A stretch of DNA of 63,977 nt from Lama glama. Lineage: Eukaryota. Where the stretch lies: positions 27,964,024-28,028,000 of the forward strand of contig CM052817.1 of NCBI GenBank assembly GCA_028534125.1. The letters are read 5' to 3'. The position numbers and the translations under genes were made by a program. Below are positions 14,805-28,967 of the stretch, piece after piece. The first letter of the stretch is position 1, and the number at the start of each line of letters is the position of its first letter. The notes beneath the pieces were generated by a model, which was not told where the DNA came from, did no database searches, and saw only the letters and a list, made by a program, of their open reading frames with translations.

Positions 14805-14858
<54 letters not shown>
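14805..14858. repeat. (TA)27 microsatellite
   Basis: Perfect dinucleotide run read directly. Confidence 0.97.
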
Positions 14859-14864
<6 letters not shown>

Positions 14865-17023
14865 TTAGGCAATATTAAGTTTGGAAAATGGGTTTTACTC
14901 TGAAAACCTCTCTCACAGTTTGAGTCACTATCTTACACAGTTAAGACCAACATCTATATAAAAATAGATCCCAATCACATAAGAAACAGATTACGTAATA
15001 AACAACGCTCACTTAGCGTGGTCAAGAAAGAAGGTAAAACGGATGAGCCCAGGACTATGACAGCAGAATTTAAAGCCAGTGTGACACACCCGCAGAATCT
15101 GCGCTCTGACACGTTGACACCTGCCTCACTAGGATGTGTGAGAACCGTCAGCCCCAACTCCTCCTGCACGCTAACCCCAGCTGATCTCAACAAAGAGTGG
15201 AAGCTCAGACCAAGGGGGAAGAGATCTCACCCTGGCTCCAGACATATTAAAACCCTACAGTCCTCAAATGATCAGAGTTGGGAAGATCTTTTTCAGAAAA
15301 GCAGCTTTTAGTTGCAGAGACCCCCTCCTTGTCACTGTGCCTTATTCTTTTTCTTTAAAGAGGTCCCTCCTCTCTAACTGGTAAAATGGTATTTTGAGGC
15401 TCCTTTCAAAAGTTACCACCTCTCCAAAGCTTCCTTTGGACCAAGTTTGCGGGTCACTCCTCCAGGTTTCCTGCAGGAGCTAGTTCAGACCACGAGACTC
15501 AGAGGGCCACGGCCAAGTATTCCTTACTCGGTTGTGCATCCCTGATATCTCGCATCTATTAACCACCTAGTGAAAGCTAATTAAGTTAATAACTGGAAGA
15601 AGCTATGGTTTCAGAAGTAGGGATGGACACAGAAAAACCAGACATTATTCGGAGTAAGCTGGCTGAACAGGGGAACCTATCTCTTCATTTTCCTGATTTT
15701 TCAATAAAAGAGAGCATGGCTTATCACAAAGTGTAGAGGAATTAGCTACAAATTCTGTTTTCCATTTATTTTAGGTAAAGAGGCAGTTGTAAGGGAGGCT
15801 TCTGTATCTGTAAGCTAAAAATATACATATACATGTAATGGATTTCCCCAGGCAATTTAAATTTCAGTGCGACTCACGATCGCCATCTGCTGATGAAAGG
15901 ATGAACATCTGTTTTAGTTAAGAGACAGACGTCAAAATTAGTTACAGGTATCACACGCACGTACACACACCAACTGCTAAACTTATAAAATCGAACCTAT
16001 AAACTCTAGGATAGTCAGTAAAAATGTTTGGTACATTAAACATTCAACTCTGGGAGCTGCTATAGTGCGCTTCAAGTAGAAACAAAATTTAATGGTTAGA
16101 ATCCATTTTAAAATATTTTTATTGTCAGCTATTATACATTAATTCTATCATTGCCATGGGGTAAATGCTAGAATTAATATTCTATTATTATTATATTCAG
16201 GCTGTGTAGGAAAGGAGACAGGAGAAAAAGAGTAAATCTCTAACAGGGAAATTTTTGTTTTAGACTTCTCAAAAATGTAAGAGAAGCCAAAGATTAAAAA
16301 TCAGTACCATCGGAGCTTCAGAACAACATATAACTTTGGTTGGAGATACTGAGAGAGATTATGATCATGGCCTCATAAATAAAATGTCATTTTATTTTAC
16401 CACACAGCACCCCAAGGCATAATCATATATACGTTATGTTAGAAAAGAGAGAAATTCAGTGAGCTGACTGATGACAAGTCTCCTCCAGCTGAGTGTGCAC
16501 ATTTCAAATTGCTGGTGGCGGCGGCGGGGGTGGGGTGGTTATCAAGCTGGAAGGTTCCATCCACGCTATGCCAAGCCTTCTGTGCAATCAGCAGGATGCA
16601 AAAATAAGTTCACATGTAAGGGAGGGATGAGAAACACACCAGCCTCTAAAGTGATCTCAGTCTACTGAGGAGACAGGAGCACAGGGTCTATGGTCACATG
16701 TGGCAATCGCACTGCAGAGAAGAGCCCCTACAGCCGGAGCAGGTACCACATGGTGGGGAGGCATGTGGGGAGAGGACAGAGGACAAAACCCAGGGGGGCA
16801 GCAGTGGTGCGGCTAGCACTCATGACAGGAAGCACCCAGAAGGACACCGAGAGAGAGAGGAAGAAGGGAAAACACAGCAGCCTTTACTCCCCGAAGGCAA
16901 GATCAAGTACGCTGCAGCTCACAGGCAAGCCTGACTCTGTCTTACAGGCACGAGGAGAGTTGAAGGAATTATATAACTAGGAAGTCGTTTAATGGAAAAT
17001 TAAAGGTTAGAATAAACACACCT

Positions 17024-17260
17024 GAGTGGCTAACAGCGTGAACTCTGGAGCCAGAGGGAGAACTTCGGCTCACCCTCTTATGAGCTGAGCCATCTCAGCC
17101 AAATTACTCAACCTCTCTGGTGCCTCGGTTTCTTCATCTGTACGGTTGGGATGATTAACAGTACTTACCTCAAAAGGATGCTGTGAAGATTAAATAGGTT
17201 AATAGACTCAAAGGCTGCAAACAGCATCTGGCACACGGTAAGTACAATGTAAAAATGTTT
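17024..17260 (+). mobile_element. MIR SINE, near full length
   Basis: actctggagccaga, core aacctctctggtgcctcggtttcttcatctgta, gtgaagattaaatag, tctggcacacggtaag. Confidence 0.85.
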
Positions 17261-17862
17261 GCTCCTCTTGATTCAGGAAGCAAGATTTCTCGCTGCTTGT
17301 GCAGCATCAGTCATAGGGTATCCATCACTTTTTGGCTGAAGAGCCTTGGTTTCTTTATCAGTAAAATGAGGATATTTATATTTGTGGCAGAAATAATGTA
17401 TCTAAGTGAACAATGACTGGCCAGGTATAAGCCCTGGACTGTCCACTTATATATTCTTTATTATGGGCTACAGAGTCACACAAGCTGTGTACCTCTCATA
17501 TTGTTTTGTATGACATATTATACACCTTTATTACTATAAGTACACATGCATGCTTGTGTGTGGGGAGGGGGCATGACTATCCTCAACAATGCAGAAGCAG
17601 TAGAAGACGTTGACAAGGACACTACTAGACTAGCCCAACTTTGATCCGTTACTGCAATGAGACTGAAGACCTATACAGAGTAATTCCAGAGACTTTCCAG
17701 TAAAAATTTTAACCGGTATTAAGATTTTTCAATGCTTAGATTGGAGAAGATTCAACAGTTTGTAGCGTGTCAAGATATTTTGATTTTTATTTTACTGGCT
17801 TGTAAGTTCAGACTGAAGTTCTCTGGGAACCAGCTTTCTGTAGGGGCCAGTCTTCCACGTAC

Positions 17863-18002
17863 CTTTTCGATTAACTCGTAGCTCTCTTCCAGTTTCAGCA
17901 GCCTGTTCTGCACAGACGTGGACGCGCGCTGGTAGACTGCTCGCCACTCTTGAAAGTCGCTCTCTGAAATCTCAGCCACGGCGAAACACAGAGTTCTCAG
18001 CC
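17863..18002 (-). CDS. ATP8A1: ATP8A1 exon 22 (140 nt): (G)LRTLCFAVAEISESDFQEWRAVYQRASTSVQNRLLKLEESYELIEK
   Basis: ttccag|GGCTGAGA...GAAAAG|gtacgt; GLRTL motif. Confidence 0.97.
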
Positions 18003-18169
18003 CTGGAAAAAGGGGGCACATGCGCCCCCCACAACATTAAGTTCAGGTTTTATTCAGAAGTCTGACACTTCTATTTTCATTTAACAAAGTCTCATTTTGA
18101 AAACGCTAATTCAATGTAAGCGATACGCTGAAGCCTGATTCTAGTTGGAAGGAAGAAGCTTAGTGTCAA

Positions 18170-18730
18170 ATGTGTTAATATGCCCCAGCCTTTAAAACTA
18201 GCACCTGGCTTCTAATCCCCAGCTCTTTCACTCCATCCTCCACGCCTAGAGAAACTTTTCTAAAATCCTATCTTATCAGGTTACTCCTTTGCTTGAAATC
18301 TTTCAACCGTTCCCCAGGATGAAATCCAAACCCCAAAGTCTGGCTCCATCACCACACAGCAACTGCTTTCAACCTCATCCTCTACCACTCACTTCCCACA
18401 GAAGGGTCTTTGCACAAACTGGTCACCTTTTCTCCATTCCACCCTCTCCTGCTCCCCCTCTGCTGGCTGCCTTGCATCTACTTTAAGAATCAGTTCTTCA
18501 AATCATCTCTTTGAAGCATCCTCTTCTCACCCAGACCCCACAGGCGAAGTCCTCAACACTGCCAAGGTGGGAATATGTTTCATATTGTTTTCTCCTGTGA
18601 TCTCTCATATTAGCTTGAAGCTCCCGGCGACAGGGTCCCTGAGTTCTTCATACCTGTAACTCTAGTACCGCGCACAGTGACTGGCTCATAACAGTGGCTT
18701 CACAGATGCTTGTGAAGGAAGGAAGAGAGG
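18170..18730 (+). mobile_element. L2 remnant
   Basis: ggatgaaatccaaa, ggtctttgcacaaactg, gaagctcccggcgacaggg, cacagtgactggctcata; approximate. Confidence 0.65.
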
Positions 18731-20002
18731 AAGTCCAGTGGGGTCTACTGGGAGAGCCACCTTCCTCTTACTGGGATACGTGGTGGCATTTATTACTGCG
18801 CTTTTACTACTGTGAATTTATGGTAAAAAGAGTCTAAAGAATTGAGGGATAGTAACAAAAAAAAGACATCCATGAGAAACACTCTGGGAAAACCAACCAA
18901 ACTGATGTTAGAAGTGACCTGCTTCCATTGCTTGGTGCCTGTCGGTTTTATAACTCACTTGTAGGCTGCCCTCTGCCAGACAAAAGTTGATGGGCTGGAA
19001 ACAAGGGCGAGGCAAGAGCGCTGGCCAGCCGTGATAAACGCAGTTAACTAAGTTCCCAAGAGGACGATGTCCTTGCTCAAGGTCACACAGCCCTCAGGAT
19101 AACTGGCTGCTAGTGACCTGGGACCAGGTCAGAAAAGGGGGCGAAGAACACAAGACATAAAGGGCCAGAGAACTCCACCTTCCAGGAAAGGAGGAGGGTT
19201 GTCTCCTGCCAGATCACTGCGAGTAGAGCTTAAATCTCTGGGGCCTTATCAGGACATGTTTTCCTTTTCTGGAAACTTGGCTGGAGACTCGCTCTGGAGT
19301 AGACATGGAGTACACATGCTGATCCAGCCAGGGCCAGAGAGAATGGGGTGGAGGCGGAGGCCCAGCCCAGTGGGATCTGTCTGGGAACTGGAGCATCTTT
19401 ATCATCACAACCAGAGAGGAGGACGGGGCTCCCCTCACCCTCCTCTGCCTCAAAAACAGGAACCTGTGCTGTTTGCTGGGGAGGCGGCGGTACCTGCCAA
19501 GCCCAGGAGGAGTCACGCCTCACCGCGTCTGAACTCTGTAAACGTGAGGGTCTCCGTGATCTTTCATTTTGGGAGGAGGAATGGAAGAAGGTTCTTCATG
19601 TTCCCGCTTTTCAAAGCCTAGTGCTTTAAAAAAAAATTCCTATCTTTTTGCAGCTTGGATTAAGAGGGAAAGGATTTGATCAGAGGTCAGGCGTGGTGCC
19701 TCCGGCAACCGTTCCGGCAGAAGCAGAAAGAGTGAAAACTTAGGTGGGAGGTTCCGATACAGCACTGGCCACTTTTGTTCAGTTTGGAGACAAGGCTGTA
19801 AATTCCTGTAGTAACTGACCCTAACGTGTAACAACCCTCACTTCCTTTCATCCCATCCAGATCAGCTCCCTAGACTGTATTTCAGTGGGATGGAGACCAC
19901 GCGTGTTTACCATGGGTTCTCAGGCCTCACACAGAGCCTGGCATGTGGTAGGGGCTTAACAAAAAATCTTGAGCTGAAACTAAGTCGAATAATGATCTTA
20001 AT

Positions 20003-20090
20003 CCATGAATGAGTGAAAAATTGTGCTGAACACTGGAATTTGACACAACACTGTAAAATGATTATGAATCAATAAAAAATGTAAAAAAAA
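20003..20090 (+). mobile_element. Very short L1 3' terminal fragment
   Basis: ttgacacaacactgtaaaatgattat...aataaaaaatgtaaaaaaaa resembles the reverse complement of the 48545 L1 terminus. Confidence 0.6.
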
Positions 20091-20459
20091 ATAGTTACAG
20101 AGGTTTATTTATTTCTTCTCCTCTTACTCAGATTAGAATATCCAGTTATTTGACTCTTGTTTCTTTCTTTCTACATTGATTAAGATATTAAATATTTAAA
20201 TAGTATCCATTCTAAAAAGCAAATCTATGGGCTCTACACCCCCCAAAACGTGGGGACCACATGTCTCAAGATTTTAATACAGGAAAACAAAATAAAAACA
20301 ATGGGTGGGAACAGCATATAACAGGATCTAAATTATCAACATTTATTGTTAAATCTTACTTTAGGGATCTCTAAGTAAAATAACAATGATCCTGTAAGAT
20401 ATTAGTAGCATATGATTTCTTTTTATTCTAATCATATTTTAATACCATATTACACTCAC

Positions 20460-20544
20460 CTTCTGTAGCAAACTGCTCTAAATGTTTTAGGGTAATTTCT
20501 TTGTATTTTGAAGTCTCTGCCAGTCGGTCATAAATCACAGTGTC
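20460..20544 (-). CDS. ATP8A1: ATP8A1 exon 21 (85 nt): DTVIYDRLAETSKYKEITLKHLEQFATE+G
   Basis: ttccag|GACACT...ACAGAAG|gtgagt; continues KGA|D from exon 20. Confidence 0.96.
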
Positions 20545-22278
20545 CTGGAAAACAAACAGAAGGTATAATACACTTAAACGAAGCATTCTGAGTCTAATAA
20601 AATTGATGTTGGCAACATTATTAGCAGCAAATGAGTATTTTAAAAAAATCACTTTTAGCATTAGTGTGAAAGCACAAAATATTTTCCCCTGATAACAGTT
20701 TCCCATATGACACTAAGAAATAAGGTTCTAGTCTTATATTTTCATCTTTCTCCTTTCAGAATAAATTTGCAGTTACTCCACTGATACTCTGTCAATACCT
20801 CACTTAGCTCCGATGTGCTGTAAGATTACCCCTGACCCCCGAAGATTCTGCAGGACCCTGCAGTGTTCAGAGGTGTCACAAGGAGACATGGTGCAGCACT
20901 CAAACCGTATGGGGAATGCTGGGCTGAACAAAGTTAAAGAGCTCGCCTTGCTGCAATACTTCTCAGAGCCTTCAAAATGCTAACGTGCACGGAGGCTCTA
21001 AGGGGCAGCATGGTATGTGCCCCACACTCACTCACTACTGGAGCTTTCAGGGGTTGGGGCAGCTTGGCGGGACTGATGCTCATAAAATAACAAGCTCTGA
21101 GCAAACACAGCTCTAAATCCACAGAGTGGCCTGGTGGGCACAGCGGAGAGCATCTTGCACCAAGCACAGCCTTACAGTTGAATATTTCTGACGGTGTCAT
21201 TTAGCATCAAGACTCAATTTACTTAGTCTGTAAAATTAAATGACCGGATTATCTTTCAAGTCCCTTTCAGCTTTAACTTTACACATCACGGTGCTTCTCT
21301 AGTCGCTGCCCCTTTATAAACTGCCTGTTGTTCCTTTGGCTGTTCTGCGGCTCCAGTTTAATGTTTTAAGAATTTTAGCATTTGGCCTTCATGGTTTTAT
21401 TAGAGCAGGAAAAAATAAATCATTTACCTGCAATTACTTCCTCAGTGGTATTACCCATTTTGGGGTCCCCAGTCTCTGGGCTGAGATTTGGAAGCAGACT
21501 AAATGGAGTATGATTTAGAACCCTTGAGAGAAAAAGAACTTCATGACCTCAGAACAGATGGAATATTCCAGGCCCCAATTATGAATTTCTTTTCATTTTT
21601 CAGTGGTGGAATGGGAAGAGGGGGGGCAAAGCAAAAGGAAATAATAATTTCCCCTCATGGTTCCTGTCTGAGAATGAAAGGTGTAACTTACAAACTATTT
21701 TTTTTCAGAGGCTAATGAAATTTTCAATGAAGTTAAAACAGGCCCTTTTAAAACTAACAAAATCTTAAAAAAAAATTAAAGTCACAAAAACAAAAGTGGT
21801 AAGTAATAAGGCTAGGGAGATTAAATTCTGCAGTGTGGTTAAGCATTCTAGTGGAAGAAACTGATGCTCAGACTAGGGGAATTCTCAACCTCTGCAGTAT
21901 TGCCAAAAGCAGGGGACAGAAAACGCCTCCTGCCTGAATCGTATAGTATGTTTTCAAAATGACAAGCACAACTGGCCATGCTTACGTGTGAAAAATACAT
22001 GCATATAGATACCTTCCCACTCAAAGTAACTTTCATTTATTCAGAGGACTACATCAAGTATTTGGTACATTGTTAGAAACCAAAAAAGCTTTCTTCATAG
22101 GAACTAAAGCATATGTAACCCCTAGGATGAAGCCCAGAACCTACTGAGTCTTCCTTTATGGAAAATCCTAAGCGTGTTTACTGATGCAGTGTCTCAGCCC
22201 TCAGCAAGATAAAAGTGGAAAATCTTGGTTGGGTGATGCTGCTGGAGGGGCATGGCACAGTCAGATCATAGCCAGCTA

Positions 22279-22778
22279 NNNNNNNNNNNNNNNNNNNNNN
22301 NNNNNNNNNNNNNNNNNNNNNNNNNNNNNNNNNNNNNNNNNNNNNNNNNNNNNNNNNNNNNNNNNNNNNNNNNNNNNNNNNNNNNNNNNNNNNNNNNNNN
22401 NNNNNNNNNNNNNNNNNNNNNNNNNNNNNNNNNNNNNNNNNNNNNNNNNNNNNNNNNNNNNNNNNNNNNNNNNNNNNNNNNNNNNNNNNNNNNNNNNNNN
22501 NNNNNNNNNNNNNNNNNNNNNNNNNNNNNNNNNNNNNNNNNNNNNNNNNNNNNNNNNNNNNNNNNNNNNNNNNNNNNNNNNNNNNNNNNNNNNNNNNNNN
22601 NNNNNNNNNNNNNNNNNNNNNNNNNNNNNNNNNNNNNNNNNNNNNNNNNNNNNNNNNNNNNNNNNNNNNNNNNNNNNNNNNNNNNNNNNNNNNNNNNNNN
22701 NNNNNNNNNNNNNNNNNNNNNNNNNNNNNNNNNNNNNNNNNNNNNNNNNNNNNNNNNNNNNNNNNNNNNNNNNNNNNN
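22279..22778. other. Assembly gap (500 N); left edge of the inverted block
   Basis: N run; gene strand switches across it. Confidence 0.99.
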
Positions 22779-24618
22779 CTTTTATTGCTGTGGGTATTCT
22801 TCATTTTTGGTTGATCAGGAATAATTATTTACAGTGTAATAGCTTTGAAATCAGGCTGCAAGAAGCTGCAAATTACACATTGTGGGTGTAACTGCCCATC
22901 TTTCTTCTTACCTCAGCATTACACTCCTGCCTTATTACTTTTTGCAAAACCCTGCAATTTCTTAGTCTCCTGGTGAAGCAAAGTGTCACTTGAAAACGCC
23001 TATGGAAAATTTTAACAAAATGTGCATGTTGGCTTGCACTTTTATGTGTGAGCAGCTTGCAAATTCGTATAGTTATCAGCTAACAGTTTAAACTATTTTA
23101 CATTTAATGCAGTTGGTTCTTATTTTGCAATGAGCTTCCTAATTTTATCTGTTTGCTTTTACTAAAGGCAAACATTTTGTGAGATTTTGGAGACGAGTGG
23201 AGAGAGCTCCATGCCTGAGCTGTCTAACCTGGGCTGTGTGATTAGCAGATGTTGTTATGATCTGGGAAAGGATGCCACTTTCTGGGAGAAAAGTTACTTA
23301 GCATCACCCCTGTTAGAAGTCTTCATTAGTGAATAAAGGGAAGGATGTGCGTGTAAATATTGCAATTGCATACCTAAGGTCCCTAGTTGTTTATAACTAC
23401 ATTTGCAAGTTGTGTCAGTTGTGGTGACTGTGATTAATGAAATGAAAGAATTACTGGCAAGGTTAAGAAGATATATCTTCAGATTTATAAAGGCTTTTAG
23501 TCTGGAATTCTTTAGAAGAAAAATAGGTCTGCACATGAAAGATGTGACTGTGAATATTCCTTGACATTTCAATTTATCTAACAAAGAGGTGGGAAAGTAT
23601 AACTAAGACTCATTAATGAATATGTTTTAATAATAGGGAGATTTTTATGGAGCCCTGAATAATAAACTAGTTTATTTAGCATATGGGCATTAGTAGTATT
23701 CTTTGTAACCTTTAAAAATTGTGATCTAAAGCTTTCTGGATTATAATTATTTAGTATTAACACAATTTTTTTTCTCCAGGGATTCTGAAATTTCCTTCTG
23801 TGCACAGACGTTTAGTTCTATATACTTTCACTGAACATTAAAAAGTATACCCTTGGAGTTAGACATTTCCTCTTAAATATTCCTTGTCTTTCCTTTGAAT
23901 CTCGACACTGATATTAAATTGCAAGGCCATGAGATTAGTAGTAGCCTGGTTATAGAGGTCATTCTGACTCGATTTGTTTCATATAAAGTTCATGTTTGCT
24001 GATCTGAAGACAGCCACAACACAAAACCCCATACACATTTATGGTTTGTTCTTCTTATATACATATACAGAATAAATGTGCTATGTATGTAAATATATCA
24101 GGTATTTGTTAGTGATAGATGTTGATAAAATAAGAAAACAGTTGATTCATATTTTTATGTTTCATATGATAATCATGTAGTATCAGTCATTTCAAATAAA
24201 GATTTCTCATGGCTAAAGTAAAAGAATTAATATTTTTATAATAACTCTGTTAATTCTCAAAATTCTTAGAACTTAGTAAAGTTATAGAAGTGGAAAAATT
24301 CAGCTTCAGGTATTTTAGCAGTTTTGTTACATTTTTGAATTAATTTTTTAAAACTTCAGGTGACTACAACATAATTTTACTCCCAGAAAATAAACTGTAA
24401 AGTACTATTTTTCATTACACTGCAAAGGCTTTCACATTTTGAATGTTGGAAAATATTTTATGATTCAGTCATGAAATCTGTGATGTCTCATCTAGAAATG
24501 CAAGCTAAATTATATTTAAGGGGTTTTCAGGCACAATGATTTATTTTAAAAGTAAGTTACAAATAGATCAATGGGCTTGTATAAATGAACCAAGTTTGCT
24601 TCATTTTTTTCCTTTTAG

Positions 24619-24691
24619 GCAGAACTCACAGTTTGGAGATGAAAAAACATTTAGTGATTCATCATTGCTGGAAAACCTCCAAAATAATCAT
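24619..24691 (+). CDS. ATP8A1: ATP8A1 exon 16 (73 nt, in inverted block): G+QNSQFGDEKTFSDSSLLENLQNNH
   Basis: ccttttag|GCAGAAC...AATCAT|gtaagc on the plus strand. Confidence 0.95.
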
Positions 24692-25259
24692 GTAAGCAAT
24701 ATAAAACCATTAACTTTTCATTAATAAATGAAAGCTAATGAGTGTTTCTCTGATTATCTTCCATGTTTATATATTCCTTCTTTAGTTTCATGATCATTTT
24801 TAATAATTATCAAAATCTGTTGCTAAATTCCTTTTACTTGGCCAACATGAATTCATGGTTGTTAGAAATTTAGTTGTAATAGTATCATGAATATTCTGTC
24901 TTTTTAAACTATTTCATATTCTAGAACTCTATTTGTATGAAACAAGTCATTGTTAATTTCAAAATATCTGTAAAAATGGATTACCTGCTCAAAATTGTAG
25001 GCCAGTGCCAAACGTACACAGTAAGCACTTCAGACACCTGCCACCCAATGTGAACATGCCACTTGTGAAGCTACTGAAACTTATTAAAATTCCATCAGAT
25101 CAAATGATATGGTCTCCTAAGTTTAAACCCCAAACCTTTTTTTCATAATTGCTTCAAGCCTAGTGTGTCGAAACTTGAACACATGCTCATTACCCCGAAA
25201 CCTAGTCCCTTCCTAGCACTGGTAGATTTACCCACTGTGCCCAGGGTGGGGCCCTAACA

Positions 25260-26125
25260 TTGTGTTCATATGGGTATTTTTGCCTTCAGCAAAACATGAG
25301 CTTCGAGATCCACAAAACCTAGATCTAGACCCACCTCTTTCCTCTGGTGCTCTCAGTTTCAGTAAATTGCACCATCACCTCTCTTCTTCCTCATTCGAGG
25401 ACCTTAGGGTTGCTTTTGATACCTCTTTTCCCTCCGTGTCCAGATCTGTGATGAGTCACTGCGCCCTTGTCAGTGTGACTTCTACAACATATCCTGAATA
25501 TCTGCTTCACTCCATTCTCACTTATTCGCCCCTTGTCCAGACTACCAGTGCGCTCCGGGTGAATTACCACAGTGGTCTCCCAGCCATTCTCCGCATTTCC
25601 ATTTTTACCCCCTCCGGTTCTTGTTACACATGGCAGGTGGAGTGAGGCCGGTGGAAATCAAGTCCCATCACTGCCCTGTTTAAAACCACGCTCTGACTTC
25701 CCTCTCCAGTTACAAAGTTACGTCATCCGCCCCTGCCTAAGGCCCCACCCTCACTGGGAGCCACTCTCCTTTTCTTTCTTCTCAGGTCACACTGGATTTC
25801 TTCTCTTTTCTCACACTTCCTTCTTTCCTCCTTTGGGGCTTTTTCAGTCATGTCTGATTCCTGCTTGGTGGAGAACTCTGCTCAGTGCTTCATGATGCTA
25901 AAACCTCATCAGCTGAAGTATCATGTGGTCTTGAGAACAACCCCAGACTGGCCCAAGTCACATTCATGATATTTACACATTCTCTCCTTTGTAGCCCTTT
26001 TCACACTGAAATAATATTTGTGAACTGTTTATCTGTGTTCTGTACTTTCCCCACAAGTCAAAACTTCACATCACAGGGCCTGGTCTATTTTATCTGTTGT
26101 TCCAGCCTGAACACGGTTTTTTCAG
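25260..26125 (+). mobile_element. L2 remnant
   Basis: Pyrimidine-rich L2 3' motifs (ctcagtttcagtaaattgcaccatcacc, cacactggatttcttc); approximate. Confidence 0.65.
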
Positions 26126-26835
26126 TTACTGTTCTGATTAACTTTTCCAATCAGCTCTTTTTTTTTTTTTTGTCCAAGAGCATAGAGGAATATTTCCCCT
26201 TTATTAATTTGAATGACGTTTTTCTTCATCAGGAAGATGAAGAAAATCTGGCTTCTTGTCTCCTGTAAAGTCTGAGCTCCTGCAGAAAGCGTCCACTTTT
26301 ATGTCTTCCTCAGGCTGTAGAATTCTAGGTCCAAGGGCTCAATCAAGTTTTTTTTATTAAGTAAAACATGTATCGGTTAAGGTTGCCATTTTTGCAAAGA
26401 GAGAGGACAAAACATTACTGAGGAATTCCCAGCCATCATCACCCCAACCCAAAGTGGTGGAACCACAGAGAGGTTAGGTGCCTAAAATTTACATTAGAAT
26501 TCAGGAACCAGGTAAATGAACATTTTAGAGCTTCTCTCCTGTTCCCTGATGACAGGATCCAACCATATCCGTCTTTTTCGCTATACTGTTTCTATTTGAC
26601 AAGACAAAGTGGTCTTGCATAAATGTTTGGAAAAGAAATGAGAAGGTGTAAGAATGGATGATTTCAGTTAGAAATATTTTTCTTCATAATGGATGTTGAC
26701 TTCTTGGCTTCCACACCCTCAATAGTTAACAGCCACAAGCCACACTTTTAATAGATATACATGAGGTAGTAATACTGTCATTAGTGTCAAGACGTTTAAA
26801 TGAAAAGGGGTGAATTCTGTGTTCATTTCTGACAG

Positions 26836-26941
26836 CCGACTGCACCTATAATTTGTGAGTTTCTTACAATGATGGCCGTTTGTCACACAGCAGTACCAGA
26901 GCGAGAAGGTGATAAGATTATTTACCAAGCTGCATCTCCAG
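26836..26941 (+). CDS. ATP8A1: ATP8A1 exon 17 (106 nt, in inverted block): [35 protein letters not shown]+G
   Basis: tgacag|CCGACT...TCTCCAG|gtacaa; CHT and YQA.SPDE motifs of the N domain. Confidence 0.96.
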
Positions 26942-27874
26942 GTACAAATGAAGCAATTGTGATGTAATGTTTTGGTGGAAAATTGTTCTGAAATTTGAGA
27001 TTGTTCAGAAAAAAATCAATTTAATTTTGTGAAATAAAGTAACCAAGTTTCATTTTTTAAATCAAAAATCTTACTTACTAATTAGAAAAACGTTGGTTTT
27101 CAAAATTATGTCTATGCTAAAATATATAACTTTGTATGTGTAATTTTTGTTATATGACATAAATTACATGGAAATTTGAATGACAAAATTCACACAAGTA
27201 AAAAATGGTACTTTTTAATATATACAAGCAAGCTCTCCCTTCTTTGTAAATAAGTAAGAATAAAGTGATAGTCAAGTTTTTGCAGATAAGAAGCTGGAAA
27301 AGGAAGGTCTGTTTGCCTGAACAGTGTGCATTTTGGAATACCAGCTTTGCTTTCTTCTTTTGGAAATGACCATCAGGGAGCCCATTGCATATTTATATGG
27401 ATGAGCAAAGTTTTGAACATTTGAAGGGACTCCATGAAATATGTGTTAGCACAGTTATCAGTGTTTAGTGTTTAGGCTTCTTTTCAATGGAAAATTGGGT
27501 AAGTAGTTCGTTTGATGATTGTAAGATTTCAAGAAAGAAAGAGCACACTTTGGAGAACTTTGTTATAAATGTTTTAAGCTGTATTCTAAACCAACACCTG
27601 CAACCTTGTAGAATGTGCCAATTCCTAAAAACCATTAGGAAGAATCTCCTGTCATTAGGATAGAGACTATGGGAATGTTTTCTGATCCCACACCCTACCC
27701 TCAGAAACAAGGTTTGATATAAATGGTGATGAAAGTAGATAGTATATGATGCCATAAAGCGTCAATTCATTTTTATCCATTTAAATTGCACCCTAAATAG
27801 CAGTAGTGTTAGTTTTTCTACATTCAGCATTTTAGGAGGAAAAGGGTAAAACAAGGCCATTTTGTCTCATTCGT

Positions 27875-28190
27875 TTTTTTCCAGTTTTATTTAAATAACT
27901 GACATACATAACTGTGTTCCCTGGTACTTTTTCAGTTTATAACTGGGAATTTGTGCCTTTCACTGTGTTCCAATTCCTCCTTCCCCCTCCCTCCACCCTT
28001 AATAACCACACCTGCTCCCTTTTCCTATGAGTTTGGGTCTCTTTCTTTCTTTTCTTTTCTTTTTTAAATTCCACATATAAGTGAGATCATGCAGTATTTT
28101 TCTTTCTCTGTCCAACTTATTTCACTTAGCATCATGCCCACATGGTCTATCCATGTTGTTGCGAATGTAGGATTTCCTCGTTTTTTATGC
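27875..28190 (-). mobile_element. L1MA-like 3' UTR fragment
   Basis: ttccacatataagtgagatcatgcagtattt...cttatttcacttagcat...tccatgttgttgc L1 signature. Confidence 0.8.
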
Positions 28191-28534
28191 ATTATTCATT
28201 TTGAGAAAAGTTCTCTAGAGAATACGCTGGACCAAGGGTTACATTTAAATTCTCCTTCTGAGATGTGTATGTCTAACAATGAGACCCAGTCTTCAGAAAT
28301 CTGACTCTGGGGTCTGTACATGTCTCAGATTCTTAAGATCATTTTACTCACTCCTTTGGCATTGTCATATAATTTAAAAACAAACAGACTTCAATAACAG
28401 GGGCCAGAATGAAAAGAACTCTAATTCTTGTTAAAATTAAGCAGAAAATTCTGTATTGCAGTAACATACTTCTCTTGTTTTGGAGATAATTTTTTTTCAC
28501 CATCTATTTGCTTGCTTTTCTGTTCCTAAAACAG

Positions 28535-28617
28535 ATGAAGGAGCCTTGGTCAGAGCAGCCAAGCAACTGAATTTTGTTTTCACTGGAAGGACACCTGACT
28601 CAGTGATTATAGATTCA
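28535..28617 (+). CDS. ATP8A1: ATP8A1 exon 18 (83 nt, in inverted block): (D)EGALVRAAKQLNFVFTGRTPDSVIIDS
   Basis: aaacag|ATGAAGGA...GATTCA|gtaagt; phase 1 to 0. Confidence 0.96.
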
Positions 28618-28967
28618 GTAAGTTATTTATTTTTCAGTCTCTTTTTTATTAAAGCGATACATATGCGTAGCTTCAAAGGTAAAATACTACCAAAGAGCTC
28701 ATAATAAAACAGAGATCCCCTACTCTGTTCTCCCAAAACAACCACCTTCTGTTCTTTTAACTGTTTCTTCAGGCATTTACACATCTCACAGTTTGTAAAA
28801 ATGTATGATGGCTGATGTATGTTTTGATTCTTCAATTTTAGACATTATCTACTGACTTTCTATTCTGTTTTATTAAATGAAGAGTTATTTCTCTGGCCTC
28901 ACCATCCCTTCCCAGTAGTATTATAATTATATTACACTGTTCAGTTAAACAAGTATTCAGACCCAGA

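Noticed and set aside
19199..19760. GC-richer patch with several overlapping ORFs, considered as a CpG island or retrogene
   Set aside because: No recognisable protein and only modest CpG density; ORFs on both strands are explained by stop-codon scarcity.
22178..22891. Long ORFs full of X (also at 40233-40868 and 62611-63171)
   Set aside because: Artefacts of translating through N gaps.
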